From NCBI GenBank assembly GCA_013416795.1, contig RQSC01000004.1:574590-585539 (forward strand): a stretch of DNA of 10,950 bases, written 5' to 3'. A model generated the notes under the pieces. That model searched no databases and had not been told where the DNA came from. It worked only from the letters and a program-made list of their open reading frames with translations. Origin of the DNA: Prasinococcaceae sp. CCMP 1430 (taxonomy: Eukaryota > Plantae > Prasinodermophyta). A program made the translations under genes and the position numbers. This document shows, piece after piece, positions 6,738 through 10,950 of this stretch; position 1 is the stretch's first letter; every line of letters begins with the position of its first letter.

Positions 6738-8650
6738 GGGGTCGACGCGCCCCGCCAGCAGCCGTCGCACGCGTCGCTGCTGTTGGTCGGCTTGTACCGC
6801 CCCTCGCCGCACGGCGCGCACGCGTCGCTCGGGGTCTCGAGGGCGCCCTCGTAGCCTGCCATGCAGACGCACGCCACGCCCGCGGCGTTCAGCTTGGCGT
6901 TGGTCGGGCAGGCGCACTGGTCGGCAGACGTGGCGCCGACGGATGCCGTCGTGGCGGCGATGGGGCACGCCGAGCATTCGCCCGCCCCGCGCTCGCTCTG
7001 AAAGGAGCCCACCGAACAGGGCGTGCACGCGGCGCCCTCCTCGCGCAGGTCGCCCCGATAGCCGGGGTCGCACTGGCACTCGCCCTTTGCTTCATTCAGC
7101 TGGGAGTTCGGAGGGCACTTGCACTTCCGGTCGCTCTTGGCGCCAGTCGATGCCGTCGTGGCGCCGGCGGGGCAGGCGGTGCACGGGCCTGCGCCGGCGC
7201 CGGCCTTGAACGTGTTGGCGGCGCAGGGCGAACAAGAGGCGCCCTCCTCGCTCAGGTCGCCGCTGTAGCCCGCGGCGCACTCGCACGCGGTGCCGGCGTT
7301 GTTGAGCGCCGAGTTGGCCGGGCACGAGCACGCCTCTGCCGACGTGCTGCCCGTCGACGAGGTCGTCGCGCCCACGGGGCACGACGAGCACGCGAAGGAG
7401 CCAGCCGCCGCCTTGTAGGTGCCGGCGCTGCACGCCACGCAGCTGGCGCCCTCCTCGCTCAGGTCGCCACTGTAGCCCGCGGCGCACTCGCATGCGGTGC
7501 CGGCGTTGTTGAGCGCCGAGTTGGCCGGGCACGAGCAATCGGACGCCGACGTGCTGCCCGTCGACGAGGTCGTTGCGCCAACGGGGCATGACGTGCAGCT
7601 GGTTGCGTCGGCGCCGTCGGAGAAAGTGCCCTGCTCGCACACGGCGCAGCTCAGCCCGTCCACCTCGGTGCCAGCGGGGCATGCGCAGACGAGCGAGCCG
7701 CTCACCACGTTAGCCGACATCAGCGGGTCCGCGCACGCGCATGCCGATGCCGAGGTAGATCCCGCGGGGCTGCTCGCGCCCGCGGGGCAGTCAGTGCAGG
7801 ACACCGCGCCGTCGCTGTCGCCGAAGGTGTTGGCGGGGCATGGCTCGCACTCGGGGTTGATGCCGCTGGGGCCGTACGTGCCGGCCGCGCAGTCGGTGCA
7901 CGCGCTCGCGCCGGCCACGCTGGTGCGCCCGCTGCCGCACGCCGCGCAGTCGCCCGCGGAGGTGCTGCCGGCGCCGGCGACGAAGGTACCTGCGGGGCAC
8001 TCGGTGCACTGCGCCGCGCCCACGGCATCCGCGTACGTGCCTGCGCCGCAGGGCGAGCAGGCGGTCGCGTCGGTGGAGTTGGTCGCCGAGCCCTTGGCGC
8101 ACTGCGCGCACGCGGCGCCCCACGTCTGCGTCGCCGAGGCGCCGTCGAGGCGATACCAGCCGCCGCCCTGCAGCGCGCCGCACGCGTAGCACTGCTCGCC
8201 CGCCTGGGGCGTGAAGGCGTTGGCGGCGCAGTCGTCGCAGGACGTCAGGCCCGTCGAGGCGGTGGTCGTGCCGATGGCGCACGCCTCGCAGGTCGACTGG
8301 CCAGCCAAGGACTGGTAAAGGCCCTTGGCGCACGGCTCGCACGTCGACGAGGCGGTGGCGCCTATCAGGGCAGAGGAGGTGCCGGCGGGGCACTCCTTGC
8401 AGCCCTCGCCCGCGGCGTCGGCGTAGGTGCCGGCGGGGCAGGTGGAGCACGCTGTTGAGCCAGTGTCTGAGCCTTGGCCCGCCGGGCAGGCGAGGCAGTC
8501 CGCCGAGGTTGCGGAGAACGTGGCGGCGTTGTATGTGTTCGCCGGGCAGCTCACGCACTCGCGGGCGCCGTTGGAGTACTCCTTGGTAAAAGTCCCGGGG
8601 GGGCACGGCATGCATGTCGACGATCCGCCCAAGTCCCTTTGGGCACACAC
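6738..8650 (-). repeat. Copy A Cys-rich stalk (Ephrin_rec_like / GCC2-GCC3-type CxxCPxG repeats, including 207-nt units)
   Basis: Repeated C-x2-C-P-A-G-T-Y/F motifs. The 207-nt period is visible at 7040, 7247 and 7454 (CSCPANSALNNAGTACECAAGYSGDLSEEG). Confidence 0.9.
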
Positions 8651-10528
8651 TGAGAGGCTGATTGCGACGGCGCGCAGTGCCTGTATCCGCGGCTGAATCC
8701 AGTCGATGACATGTTGGCCGGTCTGTATGGATTCGTCGAGAAGATTGAACGTTCTCCCAGAACCATCTTCAACCGCAGGGGGGTCTGCATTCTCGATCAT
8801 GGCATCGGTGAAGGCGGCGCTCCACGTCGAACCGTCCCATTGCATCACCCCCCGCATCGTCGCCAAAGTGGTGTCCTCATAATCTTGACAAAAGTTAACA
8901 AAAGTACTCCTACCGTATGTGTCTGCGAAATGGGCATATAACTGCTCATGGTATTGTGAACATTCCTCATAGAACATAGGGCACGTTCCGTCCTCGCTTA
9001 TTTCTTCCAACCAAAAAGACCGACCACGATTCGAGTCTTGCACCTCGCACGAAATACGGCCTGCCAACACCACGAAAAGTCGCCCGTATTCAGCATCCCA
9101 GACCATCGCTCGCAGACCATCGTATGTTCCATAGCTCAATGAGTTTACGATCCGCATTACGTCAGAGAAGGCCGGCTCGCTTCCGCTCGACGAATCATGC
9201 TGAATCACGTGCCACGCAGTGCCGTCGTATCTGGCGAAATGGCGGCCGGGCCCCTCGAATGCATTCAGCCGCAAGCCGCTTGCGAAGACGCCGCCAGTGC
9301 CGTCAGCGGCAAGATAGCCCACCTCATAGCCTTCATTGTCAGCCTCCGCGAGCACCTCGGTCCACGTGCCATCTTTGAAGGCGTGCATTCTGCGCGACCC
9401 TGACTTCGTGACGTACAGCACACCGCCTGATGCGACCATGCGCCCGGCCCCATCGGGGGCATTGAGCGGTGTCCAAAGCGCGCCACCGTCCCAGCGGACA
9501 ACGTCCCCGCCCGAAATGGCGTACAGCGCGCCAGACGCACTGCACGCAAGCTGGGAATGTCCGAGGCCAAGCCACTGCCACTCGTTTAAAGGCGTGGAAT
9601 CGCTCCACGAGTAAACCCCCGGCTGAACGCATCCAGGATTGCCATGCGACGCGGCCATTGAGGCGTACACAGTTCCCTCACCATCGCAGACAAGCTCGGT
9701 AACTGTGCATTCGAGGCCAGCGCCAACAGCACTGTACACGGCTCCGTTCCATCTGGCGACCTTGCTCGCACTCACACCTCCCATGCTGGTGAAATCCCCG
9801 CCGATGTACAACAGCCCACGAGGCGCATCCCAAACCATGGACTTGACGTCTGCGTAGCCACCGCCACCCGCTCGGGCGTCGTTGCCTAGAACGCTCAGTG
9901 AGGAGCGCCCATCCTCGAGCGAGACAACACGTCCTGAGTCACCCGCAAATGTGATCACACTCGAGCTTCGGATCCGGCGCCCTTCTGCAGCGAGAGACGC
10001 GCTCAGCTCCGCCAGCCCGTCAGTCGTCGGCGTCAAGGCCAGTACATCGTCGACGTCGTAAAAGGGCACATCTGTCGACACGGCGCCGCTCGTTGAGACG
10101 CCGACGCCAACCGTGAAGCCGACAATCGCAGAGGCGCCGCCGGCAAGCACCCCGTTCCAAGGCGAAGCAGCACACCAGCTGGGGAGCGCGGCGCCATCGA
10201 TGGCCCAGGCGAGGCTCGTGGCGGCGCGGTTAGTAAGTGTCACGTTCGCAGTCTCGGTATACCCGATCTCGAAGTTCACAGTCGAAAGGGTCGACACACT
10301 CAGCGGAGGCGACACAGTCAGCTCCAAAGAAAGCCGCACCACCTCGCCGCCGCTCGAGCCCACCGTCAGCACCGCCGAGTGCGCGCCCTGCGCCAGTCCC
10401 GACGCATTCATTCGCACCGTCACGCTGGCGCTCTCGCCGGCCGCGAGGCCGCTTCCAGCGTTCGCGCCCACCACGCTCGCCCACGCCTCGCTGGTGGCGG
10501 CGAGCCAGTCGAGAGTGCCCGAGCCATC
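6738..10528 (-). CDS. Copy A exon 2 (partial, ends at the N gap): two BACON-like Ig domains, beta-propeller, Cys-rich stalk of a large surface protein
   Basis: Uninterrupted frame (ORF 5831..10474 extended 18 codons to the acceptor), about 1263 codons, from DGSGTLDWLAATSEAW to ...CWRGAST. Confidence 0.88.
8650..9980 (-). other. Copy A divergent 7-bladed beta-propeller
   Basis: Six recognisable blades (VKSMVWD..LYIGGDF..VARWNG; TELVCD..VYAS..VYSWS; QLACS..LYAI..VVRWDG; RMVAS..LYVT..MHAFKDG; YLAAD..VFAS..FARYDG; RAMVWD..LFVV..VMQWDG) plus a closing strand RAVAISLS. Confidence 0.65.
10030..10528 (-). other. Copy A tandem BACON-like Ig-fold domains
   Basis: LDWLAATSEAWASV...SGLAAGESASVTVRMNASGLAQGAHSAVLTV...LELTV, then VTLTNRAATSLAWAI...PSWCAASPWNGVLAGGASAIVGFTV. 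These resemble the BACON/BACON_2 pattern (W...W-x-x-x-P-x-x-G-x-L-x-x-G). Pattern recognition only, no HMM was run. Confidence 0.55.
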
Positions 10529-10725
10529 CTACGAGGTGCGCGGGACGGGTCGAATGGGGGGGGTCAGCGCGGGGTGGCGCGATGAAATAACCGCGGCTCG
10601 CTCGCTCTGCCCACCGGCGCTGTCGCCCTTGCGCGCGTGGCGAGACCCCGCGCTTTTTAAGGCCCCCATCCTTGCCCCGAGCAAGCGCGGCGCGTCTCCT
10701 TGGGCGCGGCCGCACCGTCACGCAC
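10529..10725 (-). other. Spliceosomal intron 1 of copy A (197 nt, phase 0)
   Basis: GTGCGT donor at 10725, in-frame TAA at 10659-10657, CTGAC branch-point match at 10567-10563, pyrimidine-rich tract, TAG acceptor at 10531-10529. Removing it joins DA to DGSGTLDW in frame. Confidence 0.85.
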
Positions 10726-10899
10726 CGCGTCCGCGACGAACGTCACCGCCGCCTCGGCCGCGTCGGGTCGGTGGGCCGCCAGCGCCAGCGTGTCAGGCGT
10801 CCCCGCGCCGAACGCCAGCCCCGTTGTTGCGAGTGCTCCTTGCAAGACGCTAACCACGGCGAGGAGCAGGAGGATCGGCGCGGCGGACGGGGATGGCAT
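10726..10899 (-). CDS. Copy A exon 1 (58 codons): signal peptide plus start of the first Ig/BACON-like domain
   Basis: ATG at 10899-10897 with A at -3. It reads MPSPSAAPILLLLAVVSVLQGALATTGLAF...VTFVADA and ends at a GCG|GTGCGT donor. It splices in phase 0 to the frame of the 10474 ORF. Confidence 0.85.
10828..10899 (-). other. Predicted N-terminal signal peptide (about 24 aa)
   Basis: Hydrophobic core ILLLLAVVSVL followed by an A-L-A cleavage motif (QGALA|TT). Confidence 0.8.
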
Positions 10900-10950
10900 G
10901 ATGGCGCTCTTTGCGCGCGCCGCGCGCCGCGCGCTGCGCGGCGCGCGCCG

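Noticed and set aside
5580-7209. ORFs spanning the N run, including the apparent 1547-aa continuity of 5831..10474
   Set aside because: Continuity across 825 N is a translation artefact. The C-terminal residues after the gap are out-of-frame readings.
8855-9058. Possible unannotated intron explaining the AT-rich insertion
   Set aside because: It is in frame with no stop, has no convincing YAG acceptor or CTRAC at its end, and encodes paired Cys. RNA-seq is still needed to exclude it fully.
10900-10950. CG/GC-alternating tract upstream of the ATG (possible promoter or Z-DNA)
   Set aside because: Only 50 nt are visible, and such tracts are unremarkable at this GC content.
1-10950. Mobile elements or RNA genes
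   Set aside because: No transposase, reverse transcriptase or integrase motifs, terminal inverted repeats, tRNA-like or rRNA-like sequence were seen. All repeats are explained by protein-coding modules.

Overview
This is very GC-rich eukaryotic DNA with GT-AG introns carrying CTGAC branch points, probably from an alga or protist (organism inferred, not shown). All real coding signal is on the minus strand. The window holds two head-to-tail copies of one giant cell-surface protein gene: signal peptide, two BACON-like Ig folds, a 7-bladed beta-propeller, a long Cys-rich (Ephrin_rec_like/GCC2-GCC3-type) stalk, and a multi-pass membrane domain. Copy A (10899 to 6738) has the only signal-peptide exon and runs into an 825-N gap. 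Copy B (5159 to past position 1) lacks the signal peptide but has the membrane domain; the ORF track misses its ~1633-codon frame because it has no stop inside the window. The shared parts of the two stalks are ~98-100% identical, yet the propeller heads are completely different. Head B is six near-identical blades that vary almost only in the predicted top-face loops, while head A is a divergent, lower-GC propeller with Cys-containing loop insertions. This suggests a variable-head, constant-stalk receptor family that diversifies by blade amplification and head swapping. The 5160-6737 segment shows signs of assembly collapse, so the true arrangement (tandem paralogs, alleles, or alternatively spliced cassettes) needs long reads to settle.
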